From a virus (Duplodnaviria; Caudoviricetes), in IMG/VR virus record IMGVR_UViG_3300021400_000468, positions 1 to 64,000 of that record: a DNA stretch of 64,000 nucleotides. One strand, 5' to 3'. A program made the translations under genes and the position numbers. Positions 37,611 through 47,368 of this stretch are shown in pieces (within the stretch, counting starts at the first letter, position 1; every line of letters begins with the position of its first letter). The notes under the pieces were generated by a model. It worked only from the letters and a program-made list of their open reading frames with translations, was not told the origin of the DNA and searched no databases.

Positions 37611-40600
37611 GACGCAGACCCCAGCTTGCTCTTCTTTCGTAAAGTGCCGGATGAAAACAGCCCGGTGTACTCCACTCCTGTGGTCTCGTACATGGAACCG
37701 AAGACTTCTCTGCCGGAAGGAATCCAGACGGTATCTGTGGAAGCCGAGTTGTTGACCGCCGTTTCGGAAGCGTTGTAGATCTTCGTATACTTCGTGACTT
37801 CCTTGATGGCGCCCCGGATCACGGCGGGGATACCCGGCAGGATGGTCTCCCGCAGATAGGTCCGCATCTCGGATTTCTCCCAGCCGCCCAGCGTACCGGT
37901 TCCCTCTTTTCCGGAACTCTTTGAGGGATTCATCCGGTGATTGTCCTTCAGCAGATACTTGGAGACCCAGGCGATCTTGGCTTTTCCGCTACCGTCAGCC
38001 AGCGGGTCGGCGTTGTCTCCCATGGCGGCGATCTGCATTCTCACAGGCTCGCCGTCGAGGTACATCACCTTAGTATCGCCAAGGCTGTACTTCGTACTGT
38101 ATGTCCCGTCTTCTTCTGCCGCAAGGATGTCAGACCAACTGTCCGTGATCTCATGCTCTTCAACAGAAGCACCGAGACAGAAGCCGAGGCAGACTCCTCT
38201 CGTGAAAGACGCAAAGCTGCTGTTATCGCCGCCAGCTGCGCTCACACTCCTAAAGTACTTCACTGCACTCGCGGAGCGCAGCCACCATTCGACGGCGCTG
38301 GTACTTTCGACGATACACTTCTTACGGGAAGCGTTATCCTTGAAGGCAAGGCTGTAAACCGGCCCGAGCGTCTCATAGGAAGTACCGAAGCCAATTTCAT
38401 GGTTGGAAGGAATCCAGAGGTCATCTGTACTCACAATGTTCTTCTTAACTCCGCCATTGTAGTGACAAGAATACTTTGTGACAGGCTTGATCGCCGACTT
38501 CACATCGTCTGGAATAAGGCCGTAGATTGTGCTGTTGAGATACGTTCTCATTGCCGAGGCTGCCCAGCCTCCAGAGGTGGTGTCGGAGGAATTCATGTTG
38601 TGCTTCGTCTTCAGCAATTCCTTGCCGATCATCGTAATCGGAGCTTTCCCGGAACCGTCCGCCATGTCGTCCTCATTCATCGCCACGATCTGCATATTGA
38701 TGGTGCCTTCCGTTCCGAGATCAAGCGGCTTGTAGTTGCCGAGCTTATACTTGGTCTTGTAAGTTCCATTGTCGATGTTCGCAAGGATGGTCGCCCAATC
38801 GTCCGTGATTTCCACATCCTCAAAGGCTGACTCAAACGCCGCATACACTGTCTTGTTCGCCGTGATATTCTTCAGAATATCCGGATCTGCAACACTCTGC
38901 CCACTCGAAGCTGCCCAGCCGAGGAACTCCAGCGACTCATCTTCACTGCTCACGGGCGTCTCTCCGGTATATACTGCCGTTCCTCCTTCCAAAACGGAAA
39001 CGGTCTGGAGCAGAGTCGAGCCATTGTAGAAATACACGTTGTACTTCGGCGTGTAAGTCGCGGTATAGGTTGCATTCCCCATCACCGTTGTAACCGTAGG
39101 AGTCCATCCACGGAAGGCTCCGCCGCTGGTATCCGGGTTCTGCGGCGTGGACCCGTTGTACTTCGGCGTGGACCCGTAGGCAACACCGGTGTCCGTTTCC
39201 AGAACAGTTCCGTTGCTGTTCTTCCACGTCACGGTGTAGGTCCGGACGGTCGCGGTGTAGGCCGCATACACATTCCGGTCGGTGGTCACGGCCTTTGTCG
39301 CGTTCGCGTCAGCCGCAGTCGCGTTTTTGTTCTTGTTCCAACCAACGAAGGTGTAGCTGTACTGCGCCGTCGCGGTCCGTTCGGGAGTTCCGGCATAGGT
39401 TCCGTTCCCGCCGTCCACGATCTCTTCCGTGTGCAGAAGCTCCGTGCCGTCGTAGTTGTAGTAGCGCAGATCGCAGGTGATATGCTGATACTCGATATTG
39501 ATGTTCGGATACCGGGACTTCTTATCCGCCAGCCAAGCGCCGGTAATGGAATCCAGCCCCGTGATCGTTCCGGAAACGACCGCTTTATCAAGGTTTCCGC
39601 CCGATTCATCCAAACCACGCATCGTGTCAAGATGATCGTAGAACGCATCCACTTCCTCAGTCGTGGTCATCACAGCGGCAAAGCCGAGGATTCTCACACG
39701 GCTGTTCGCGGGGATCTCTGCCAGAATATCCTCAACCGGAATTCCGGGGCAGTTCTCCACGCGCAGGGTCGTGATGTTCTCATAGTCCGGCATGACGAAG
39801 GACGTGATACCGGGCTGATTCCTCACCGTCAGGTTGGTCACGGTTTCCGGAAGGTGCAGGGTTTTCAGAATACCGCCGTTCGGGAGGGCAACACCGGTGA
39901 CGGCAGTTCCTTCCAGAAGAACGGTTTCGATGTTCGCCGCACCCGACAGGTCCACCGTACCGACAAGGGACGTGCAGTTCCGGGCATCCACACTCCCCAA
40001 CAGGGGATTCGTGCCAACGCTCAAACCGGTCAGGTTCTGGTTTGTGTACCCCGCCGCATCGGAGCCAACCTTGATGGACTGGAGCTTCGTCGCCTTGGAG
40101 AAGTCGGCAAAGCCCACCTTCAGCCCGGAAAGATCGCCCACCGAGGCAAGCTGTGAAGCGGAGTAGATATAGATTTCAGTATCATTCACGTTGTCGAGGG
40201 GGCACGCCAGCGTCTGCGGAACGCCGTGCTTTCCTCTTGCCTGAACCGGAACGGAGCCGTACTTGATGGTCGGATAGATGTCCGCGTAGGGCGTGACCGT
40301 GATATCGGCCTTGGCATAACCTCTGAGCTGGATCACGTCAGACAAAGCGTCTCCCGCGTTCCACTTGGAATCCATATACCGGAACCGATTGTACAGCCAC
40401 CACTTCCGCTGCTCGGCCTTGGAACCCTGAAGCATAGGCAGGTAAACAGCAGTCGGAGCCTTGCCGGGATCGGGATTCACCAGAGGATCCAGATACTTAA
40501 ACTGTGCATCCTCGTTGAAGATCGCCTCCGGCCATTTTGCCTGATGGTCGGTGAACCGGGCGGAAACCGTGGCGTAGGACAGAATACCGGCAGAACGGAG

Positions 40601-43600
40601 ATTCTTGTACATCTGCGCGATTTCCGGGCCGAATGCGTCTCTCAGGTTGCACCACAGGACGGAGTTCTGTCCATTGAACACATCCGCACCACCCGCCAGA
40701 TGGTCGGTGTCCTCAAGACCGTAATCAAACACCAGCGACCCTTCGTTGTTCGTGCCGATGGCTGTATCCATGTCGTAGGGCTCCGCCACGGCCTTCCGGT
40801 CGAGGTGTTCAAGCCCGGATGTCGCCTCACCCGAGAAGCCGATGAACAGGTTCTTGGCCCGGGAGTCCACCATGAGGAACAGCTCCGTGAAGATGTAGTA
40901 GAAGATGAACGAATCCACTTCCGCATACTTGCCGAACTCATGATGGAAGCGGGATAGACGGTATTCCGCCGTATCCTTGGTGTAGGTTACATCCTCCGTC
41001 ACAAGCCGCTCCACATAGTCCACGGCTCCGGTTTCCGGATCCACCACCTCATCATAGACGGTATGGGTCTCCTGATAGGTCACGGGCGTTTCCAGATCAT
41101 TCCCCGTCGCTCCGGCCCGGTAGGTCGAGAAGACGAAGGACTGGAACTCCTGAAGTTTGGAATAGTCCACCCATTCGTCGGACGGGAAACGGGCTTCATA
41201 GTCGTACCGCCATGCGGCCTTGACCTCTCCGGTGGAGGGATCAGCCTGAGGTGCCTCGGAGAAATAGTCGCTCAAGAAAAGCATGAGGTTGGATGTGTTG
41301 TTCTGGAACTCCCATGACTCCATATCTCCGCTGTACCCATAGGGGCCGGGAGCGCGTTTCGGCAGGTTGAAGTTATACTTGCCCATGAACTGCTCAGAGC
41401 CGTCCGCAGGATTGCGCCAGAACAGAACAATCGGGAAGCCGTAGATACCCTTTCTGACCTTGGCATTCGACAGTTCTTCGGGGCGTTTGTACGGGTCGGC
41501 GTCGCAGAACAGCTTCACCAGCTCCACGTTGTTTGCGGATTCCGAGGACGCCACATCCGCTTTCAGAACGAAACGGTTGAAGGGGATGATACCGGGGGCC
41601 AGCTCGTAGTTGTCCGCCTCCGTACCTCCGGGCATGACGAAGCCGCCCTTGAACTGCATATCGTAGTTCTTCCGGGCATACGGAGCGGAGGAAGTACCCT
41701 GAACGTTGGCCTGACAGCCGGTAGCCGTGAAGGACCGGGCCGGGGTCACGGGATCGGTGTATTCCACGGAGACGGACTTTTTGTCACCTTTGTACTGCGG
41801 CAGTTCTTCCGCCTCGATGATCATGAACGGCAGATCATTCGGGAGCTTGGAGATAACCACTCGCCCGTATTCATCAAACACATCGTTGTGGGCGTGGCGG
41901 GCCAGCATCGCCGTAATGTTCTGGGTGTCCGCGATCCAGTTCCCGACGATCTGGAACCGGGTCAGGTTGTTGTCGTAAATCCGGATATTGTACAGATCGG
42001 TGGTGCAGGTATTCGCTCCGACCGAAATGTTTACCGGGTTCTGCTGAGAGAAGTCATCATCATCCGGGTACTCCACAACTCCGGACATAATGCCGTTGAT
42101 GTAGATATACAGCAGACGATTTTCTGTTCTCTTCTCCGCCACAAACGCGATCCGGACGTGCTCGTCTTCCTTGTACTGCGTGGAGATTTCAGACCGTTCG
42201 GATTTCAGCGTCGCCCGCTGGGAGGTAAGCCGGAAGCCCCGGTTCCCGCTGAAACAGGATACCAGAATGGCGTCATAATCCAGCACGTCCCGGGTTGCAA
42301 ACTCGAATTCGAGGGTCTTGCCGGTAGACCGGAAATCTTTCTCGAAGGGCTTGTACGGGATCGTGACGCGGGCATCCCCGGAGACCCGGAGAACGGTGTT
42401 GCCGTCCTTGTCCGCCACCCAGCCGTTTGAGACGAAGTTGAACCCGCTGAGCGTGCAGGAGATGTTTCGCTCCTCATCCCTCCAGATTTCCGGATGCTCT
42501 TCGTTGTTGGACCGTCCCTGACTGGACAGGCGCAGGGCAAGGGAATCTTCCTCCGGCTCCACGTCGATGTCGGACTGCTCCACGTCGATCACGAAATGAA
42601 CGACAGCCGTTCCGCTCCGGATGTACAGGTCCAGCTCCCCGTATCCGTCGCAGCGGTAGTTCCACGTTTGCTCCGTCCGGTCCACGGTCAGGTCGGTGAT
42701 CTTTGTGTTCCCGGCATACAGGCTGACCACGGAAGTCAGGCTTCCCGGTGTGTAGACGCGGTACGGGATGAACAGGGTTTCGTACTGGACGGCCTCGGAG
42801 GTCCGGAACGCGGAAGCGATGATCGGCGCGGTCGAATCCCCGACAACCACCATATCGAAGTACAGGGTGTTGGAGGAAACTTCCTCGCCGTCAATGTCCG
42901 CCGTGAACCAGACCTTCAAGCTGTGCGCCCCGTGCTCCATAGCCGGTAGGCTGAAGCTCTGCTGTCTGCCGGAAGCCGCCACAACCTGCGTCCCGACCTC
43001 GGTCCCGTCCACCACAAAATGCGTGGTCTTGGAGACGGAGCCGTAAGGCGTGTAGGTGAAAACCACAGCCTCCCCCGCCGTGAACTCCGACACCGTGGAG
43101 AACGAGCTGGTCAACTTCAGATCAACGGACTTGATCGTGAAATTGATGCTCTTCGTATTCTCATACACATCGGTGACGGAGACCTTTACCTTGTTGGAAC
43201 CGGTCGCCAGAATATCCTTGATATTGACGCGGACGATTCCCTGCGAAATGTCCAGCGTCCGCTTCAACACATTGTTGACCCGGATGGTCAGGATGCCCGC
43301 GCCGGTCTCCATCTCATTTTCCAGAGACGACCAGTCGATGGAAATGTAGCAGTCCGCGCCGGTGCTGATCGTGTGGGCCAGCCAGCCGGTCATGTTGGTC
43401 ACGGTCAGGATGGCATTATTGCCGGAACCCCCACCACCGCCACCGCCGCCCCCGGCGATGTAAACGGGATCCACCACGTCTTCCCCATTCTTGTAAAAAT
43501 GGAGCATCCGGGTCTCTTCGTCCATGACCACCTCATCAAAGGCGGTGGTGGAAAACTCTTCCCAAGAGTACACGCCGTCTTCACTGTAGGTACACTTCCA

Positions 43601-43735
43601 GAAGATGCCGGTATTGGAGTTGTAGTAGAACTGACCCAGATTGCCCTCGGTCTCGGAAGTGGGATCCTCCTCGCCGACGATGTGGGTCTCCATGTTGTAC
43701 TCAACTCCGTTAATCCGCAGTTTCTTGTAGTACAT
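37484..43735 (-). CDS. Giant tail fibre/adhesin: Ig/LamG-like, CotH-kinase-like, LRR-like and B-repeat domains plus two C-terminal CLec-like (DUF6273-type) domains
   Basis: 2083 aa after baseplate genes. RAKNLF...YDMDT, LHLPETVTNLTV, Y.V.F.N..G repeats, two WW(L/T)RSA...GV.LGFC units. Confidence 0.8.
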   Translation of the reverse strand: MYYKKLRINGVEYNMETHIVGEEDPTSETEGNLGQFYYNSNTGIFWKCTYSEDGVYSWEEFSTTAFDEVVMDEETRMLHFYKNGEDVVDPVYIAGGGGGGGGGSGNNAILTVTNMTGWLAHTISTGADCYISIDWSSLENEMETGAGILTIRVNNVLKRTLDISQGIVRVNIKDILATGSNKVKVSVTDVYENTKSINFTIKSVDLKLTSSFSTVSEFTAGEAVVFTYTPYGSVSKTTHFVVDGTEVGTQVVAASGRQQSFSLPAMEHGAHSLKVWFTADIDGEEVSSNTLYFDMVVVGDSTAPIIASAFRTSEAVQYETLFIPYRVYTPGSLTSVVSLYAGNTKITDLTVDRTEQTWNYRCDGYGELDLYIRSGTAVVHFVIDVEQSDIDVEPEEDSLALRLSSQGRSNNEEHPEIWRDEERNISCTLSGFNFVSNGWVADKDGNTVLRVSGDARVTIPYKPFEKDFRSTGKTLEFEFATRDVLDYDAILVSCFSGNRGFRLTSQRATLKSERSEISTQYKEDEHVRIAFVAEKRTENRLLYIYINGIMSGVVEYPDDDDFSQQNPVNISVGANTCTTDLYNIRIYDNNLTRFQIVGNWIADTQNITAMLARHAHNDVFDEYGRVVISKLPNDLPFMIIEAEELPQYKGDKKSVSVEYTDPVTPARSFTATGCQANVQGTSSAPYARKNYDMQFKGGFVMPGGTEADNYELAPGIIPFNRFVLKADVASSESANNVELVKLFCDADPYKRPEELSNAKVRKGIYGFPIVLFWRNPADGSEQFMGKYNFNLPKRAPGPYGYSGDMESWEFQNNTSNLMLFLSDYFSEAPQADPSTGEVKAAWRYDYEARFPSDEWVDYSKLQEFQSFVFSTYRAGATGNDLETPVTYQETHTVYDEVVDPETGAVDYVERLVTEDVTYTKDTAEYRLSRFHHEFGKYAEVDSFIFYYIFTELFLMVDSRAKNLFIGFSGEATSGLEHLDRKAVAEPYDMDTAIGTNNEGSLVFDYGLEDTDHLAGGADVFNGQNSVLWCNLRDAFGPEIAQMYKNLRSAGILSYATVSARFTDHQAKWPEAIFNEDAQFKYLDPLVNPDPGKAPTAVYLPMLQGSKAEQRKWWLYNRFRYMDSKWNAGDALSDVIQLRGYAKADITVTPYADIYPTIKYGSVPVQARGKHGVPQTLACPLDNVNDTEIYIYSASQLASVGDLSGLKVGFADFSKATKLQSIKVGSDAAGYTNQNLTGLSVGTNPLLGSVDARNCTSLVGTVDLSGAANIETVLLEGTAVTGVALPNGGILKTLHLPETVTNLTVRNQPGITSFVMPDYENITTLRVENCPGIPVEDILAEIPANSRVRILGFAAVMTTTEEVDAFYDHLDTMRGLDESGGNLDKAVVSGTITGLDSITGAWLADKKSRYPNINIEYQHITCDLRYYNYDGTELLHTEEIVDGGNGTYAGTPERTATAQYSYTFVGWNKNKNATAADANATKAVTTDRNVYAAYTATVRTYTVTWKNSNGTVLETDTGVAYGSTPKYNGSTPQNPDTSGGAFRGWTPTVTTVMGNATYTATYTPKYNVYFYNGSTLLQTVSVLEGGTAVYTGETPVSSEDESLEFLGWAASSGQSVADPDILKNITANKTVYAAFESAFEDVEITDDWATILANIDNGTYKTKYKLGNYKPLDLGTEGTINMQIVAMNEDDMADGSGKAPITMIGKELLKTKHNMNSSDTTSGGWAASAMRTYLNSTIYGLIPDDVKSAIKPVTKYSCHYNGGVKKNIVSTDDLWIPSNHEIGFGTSYETLGPVYSLAFKDNASRKKCIVESTSAVEWWLRSASAVKYFRSVSAAGGDNSSFASFTRGVCLGFCLGASVEEHEITDSWSDILAAEEDGTYSTKYSLGDTKVMYLDGEPVRMQIAAMGDNADPLADGSGKAKIAWVSKYLLKDNHRMNPSKSSGKEGTGTLGGWEKSEMRTYLRETILPGIPAVIRGAIKEVTKYTKIYNASETAVNNSASTDTVWIPSGREVFGSMYETTGVEYTGLFSSGTLRKKSKLGSASASNWWTRSAFSATGFARVTTSGGYDFNTANVSYGVALGFCT

Positions 43736-43745
43736 TCAAACCTCC

Positions 43746-45719
43746 TTATGCGCTTACCTCGGTGAAGGTTCCTTGAACGGAAGAAATGAATCCCCCTTCA
43801 TTCCCAACTTTCTGAGCTTGAACTTTGAAATTAAACTTATTACCGCTCTTATTACTCGGGATCGTGGCAATAAACAAATAGTGCCCCCCAAGAAGTTCTT
43901 CATTCAACTTGCCAGAACACTTCTTTTTTCTGCCACCAATACCAGACTCAGTTATAACTCCATCTTCAGAGGTTGGGACGCAACTTTCCCAATGCTCTCC
44001 GTTGTCGGCTGTGACCAAAACCGCAGTAATTCCTCCAGCGGGTATATTCCCACAGATCGAAACCACAGCCTTATCGATGTTTCTGGCGGACGTGATAGCC
44101 TCGGCCATCGTAATCAGACAAGCCCCGACATTCTTCAAAAAGGTAAAGGTTCTGGAAACCGTTACAGCCCCATCAGAAACAGAAATCGTGATCGAGTGGG
44201 AACCATTCAGAACCTTATTCCAGTAGGAAGTAGAAGGGGCGGATCCTGTACGGAAATCGAACGTGTAGTTCTGATTCCGGACAGCGTTGTTGATGGTCTT
44301 CTTTACGACGCCATCCATGATTTCCTTGACGGTCAGGGTATCGGCGGCATTTTCATCGTTCACCTGATAGGTAAAGCTGAAAGCCTCGCTCTTTGTGCCG
44401 AGATCTTCACCATCAGCATGTGAACATGTGATCGTAGGAATGACGTTGGCAGATACGGCCTTTGTATTTGCAGTCAGATAACCGGAAGCAGCGCCATGTA
44501 CATCTACCGCTTTAACGCGGTAGGTTACAGTGTTCCAACTTCCGACGGCATCCGTATAATTCCTTGAAGTGCCTCTGTAAATCTCCGTGTAGGAGGTCAG
44601 GTTATCCACGGACCGCTCAAGGACATACTCAAATTCATCCTCGTCCTCATCCGTGGACTGGCCCCAAGAAATAACCGCCTGAATGCCGGTGGTCAACGAG
44701 GCCGGGGTAACAGTAATCGGGGAGGCTGGGACCGTCGGAGCGTGATTGTTGGTGACTGTAATATCGCCAGAAGCAGGGGCGAACCTATAACCGGACTGAG
44801 CATCGTAGGTATCATAGGCACACACGCGATAACGAACGCGGGAAGTACCGGCTATCAGGGTGTCCGTAGTATTAAGAGCGGTGCCCTTATAGACTTGGGT
44901 CCAGCGTTCACCGCCGTCAATGGAACGCTGAAGGATATATCCGGCAAGGTTTCCATCCGGGTCGGAAGACGTGCCCCAGCTTACAGGAAAAGAAGAACCT
45001 GCAGCGATTTCTTCCGGGACAGTCAAAGAAGCGGGAATTGACGGCGCGGCGTTGGCGACAACGGTCTTTGTGGCGGTGACGGCGTAGTCGCTGTAGGTCC
45101 CATCGGACACGTCATACCGCCAGAAAACCTGACCACCATTGTAATTTGGCGGAATAGTGTCTGAAATTGTCCCGTCGCTGGTAACGCCGCTCTGGATCGT
45201 GGTGTCCGTCAACGCGGACGCTCCCGCCGCCATGTAATACCGTTTGACCGTACCGGTGATCGGGGATCCTCCGGTGACCGTACACCGCAGGGAAACCGCG
45301 CCTCCCGCATAGATGGAGGAAGACAGAAGGGAGATGCCGCAAGAGGGGGCTTCGTGGATCGTTGCGCCGGAATAGGTGTCCGTAGTGACGGCTCTCGCGG
45401 TTCCCCCGGAACCCCCAATGAATTCGAAAGTCCAAAGGAACGTCACGGTTCCGGACGTTTTTTGCGCAAACCAGGATCCACTGAAACGTATATCTTTTTC
45501 TGTTGAATCCCCTTTTCCCCAGTAAAATTGCTCAGGCGACGTTCCTTCGTGGTCATAGACTTTCAACACGGCCCTGATCGGATATGCCCCGGAATTCCAC
45601 TCAATCAGGTTTGCGTAAGCGGTCCAAATGATTCTGTCGCCGGACGGAACGACGGACGTGGTAATATCGTATTTTGCGTGGTCATAGCCTGCTCTTACGG
45701 TTATAATTTGATTAGCCAA
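43746..45719 (-). CDS. Tail protein with FN3/Ig-like repeats
   Basis: SW..S.D.DG...Y.L.RS...VRYRV.AYD repeats. Confidence 0.75.
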   Translation of the reverse strand: MANQIITVRAGYDHAKYDITTSVVPSGDRIIWTAYANLIEWNSGAYPIRAVLKVYDHEGTSPEQFYWGKGDSTEKDIRFSGSWFAQKTSGTVTFLWTFEFIGGSGGTARAVTTDTYSGATIHEAPSCGISLLSSSIYAGGAVSLRCTVTGGSPITGTVKRYYMAAGASALTDTTIQSGVTSDGTISDTIPPNYNGGQVFWRYDVSDGTYSDYAVTATKTVVANAAPSIPASLTVPEEIAAGSSFPVSWGTSSDPDGNLAGYILQRSIDGGERWTQVYKGTALNTTDTLIAGTSRVRYRVCAYDTYDAQSGYRFAPASGDITVTNNHAPTVPASPITVTPASLTTGIQAVISWGQSTDEDEDEFEYVLERSVDNLTSYTEIYRGTSRNYTDAVGSWNTVTYRVKAVDVHGAASGYLTANTKAVSANVIPTITCSHADGEDLGTKSEAFSFTYQVNDENAADTLTVKEIMDGVVKKTINNAVRNQNYTFDFRTGSAPSTSYWNKVLNGSHSITISVSDGAVTVSRTFTFLKNVGACLITMAEAITSARNIDKAVVSICGNIPAGGITAVLVTADNGEHWESCVPTSEDGVITESGIGGRKKKCSGKLNEELLGGHYLFIATIPSNKSGNKFNFKVQAQKVGNEGGFISSVQGTFTEVSA

Positions 45720-45736
45720 TCCTCACACCTCCTCCA

Positions 45737-46492
45737 TCAGAATTCGATCCGGCACAGGAAATCATTCCAGTTCCCGGTAACATCCACCCCATCGAGCGTT
45801 GCGAACGTCACGATGTACTCATTCTCATAGCCAACATGATCATCGGAGGTGAGGTCGGAAAGTTCCTCCATAGCCTCGGCAAGGGCAAGGCGGGGATAGA
45901 CTTTCAGATTCAGGATTCTCTCCATCTCCGAATGGGCTTCAGGATCCCGGTTGTGGGCCGCGATCTTCTCATCAATCTCAGCCAGAACCAGAGGCTTGAT
46001 GATCAGGTTGTAATATTCCGCAAGGTCCTCGGCGGTCAGCCAGAGGTCAGTCTTGTAATCGACCACCATACCAACATCTTCCCCAATGGCAATGGCGACC
46101 GGGAAGCGGCGAACATCCACGCCTCTTGCGGAATTGAAGGGGGCAACATACTGCGGGTAGTCGCCCAGCGTACCGTAGGCGATCATGACCTCTCCAACAA
46201 CGGGATCCATGGCCCAGACGCCGAACTCATTCAAGAAGAAACCGCTTTCCAAACCACCGTTCAAGCTGTTGTTGTATTCGATGGTCATATACGCAATGCC
46301 ATCTTTGCACTTCGGTTCATCCGACGTGGCCTGAGCGACCGTGTTGTACAGCTCCGTCACGGAGGACAACCTGATTCCGTCGGGGATTCTGCCAGAGCCG
46401 ACCATGATCTTTGTCAGGTGCATAGTCTGTCCGGTAAGCAGACGCGCTATCAGATAACGCCCCGCATCGGTTACAGCGAATCCATAATCCAT
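45737..46492 (-). CDS. Tail fibre-baseplate attachment (collar) protein
   Basis: VTDAGRYL...GSG...GFFLNEFGVWAMDP..GEV. Confidence 0.7.
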   Translation of the reverse strand: MDYGFAVTDAGRYLIARLLTGQTMHLTKIMVGSGRIPDGIRLSSVTELYNTVAQATSDEPKCKDGIAYMTIEYNNSLNGGLESGFFLNEFGVWAMDPVVGEVMIAYGTLGDYPQYVAPFNSARGVDVRRFPVAIAIGEDVGMVVDYKTDLWLTAEDLAEYYNLIIKPLVLAEIDEKIAAHNRDPEAHSEMERILNLKVYPRLALAEAMEELSDLTSDDHVGYENEYIVTFATLDGVDVTGNWNDFLCRIEF

Positions 46493-46498
46493 TTATCC

Positions 46499-47368
46499 TT
46501 AACCTCCTGTTATAATGAGCGTCTTGGTGCGAAGTTCCTCTTCCACGGTAAGCCCTTCGTTCAGAATGGCAATCGTCAGATTCTCGTCATCCGTCTGTAC
46601 CGCCGTGGTGTGGTTGCCGAGCATATCAAGATAATCCAATATTTCAAGCGTTATTTTTTTCGGAATTTCATGGACAACCCATCCAATGCGGGTCTCATCC
46701 CGGTCAATGACCGTCTTATACCAGCGAGGCATCATGCCTGACACCCACAAGCCAATATCACCGGGCCATTCAGGGAAGACCTCCGGGATTGGCGTAACCA
46801 CCAGACCACGCCCAAGATGGGACATGGTATAAAGCTGCGAAGTCTGCTCATCGGCCTGAGTGATTGCCGTGATCCAGATTCCCACGCCCGCCGCACGGAT
46901 GATCGGAGCCTGAAACAGCTTCAGCACGTCCATCTCCCCCGGCTTCATGACGGAGGTTTCAAAAAGCATGGTGGCGGGTTTATCGGGATCTTCATGGTAA
47001 TACAGGGGCTTGTCCCAGAACATCCGGAACGCTTTCAGAACATCGTAGTACGTGCAGTTGTTCGTGTTCTTCCAGATTTTGAAAATGAGGTACTTCCGGT
47101 ATTCATCATCCGGAAGCACCTCAACCGACTGGTCTATGCAAGCCATATACCCGGCTTCGCCACGGGACAGGCAGACGATATCGCCGATCCGGTCAAGCTG
47201 GATACCCTCCGCCTGATCGAGCCAACGACGGACCTTCAGCTCCGTAAAAAAGTCGCAGACGCTCCGGAACTGCTCCTCAATCACCTCAGCCAGCGCGGAG
47301 ATATTCGGCTGATCCTGAAACTGTGTTACCAGATCCTTTTTCAGGTCAACGCTGTATTCAAGTTCCAC
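46499..47368 (-). CDS. DUF2612 baseplate wedge protein
   Basis: AEGIQLDRIGDIV...DDEYRKYL. Confidence 0.75.
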   Translation of the reverse strand: MELEYSVDLKKDLVTQFQDQPNISALAEVIEEQFRSVCDFFTELKVRRWLDQAEGIQLDRIGDIVCLSRGEAGYMACIDQSVEVLPDDEYRKYLIFKIWKNTNNCTYYDVLKAFRMFWDKPLYYHEDPDKPATMLFETSVMKPGEMDVLKLFQAPIIRAAGVGIWITAITQADEQTSQLYTMSHLGRGLVVTPIPEVFPEWPGDIGLWVSGMMPRWYKTVIDRDETRIGWVVHEIPKKITLEILDYLDMLGNHTTAVQTDDENLTIAILNEGLTVEEELRTKTLIITGG

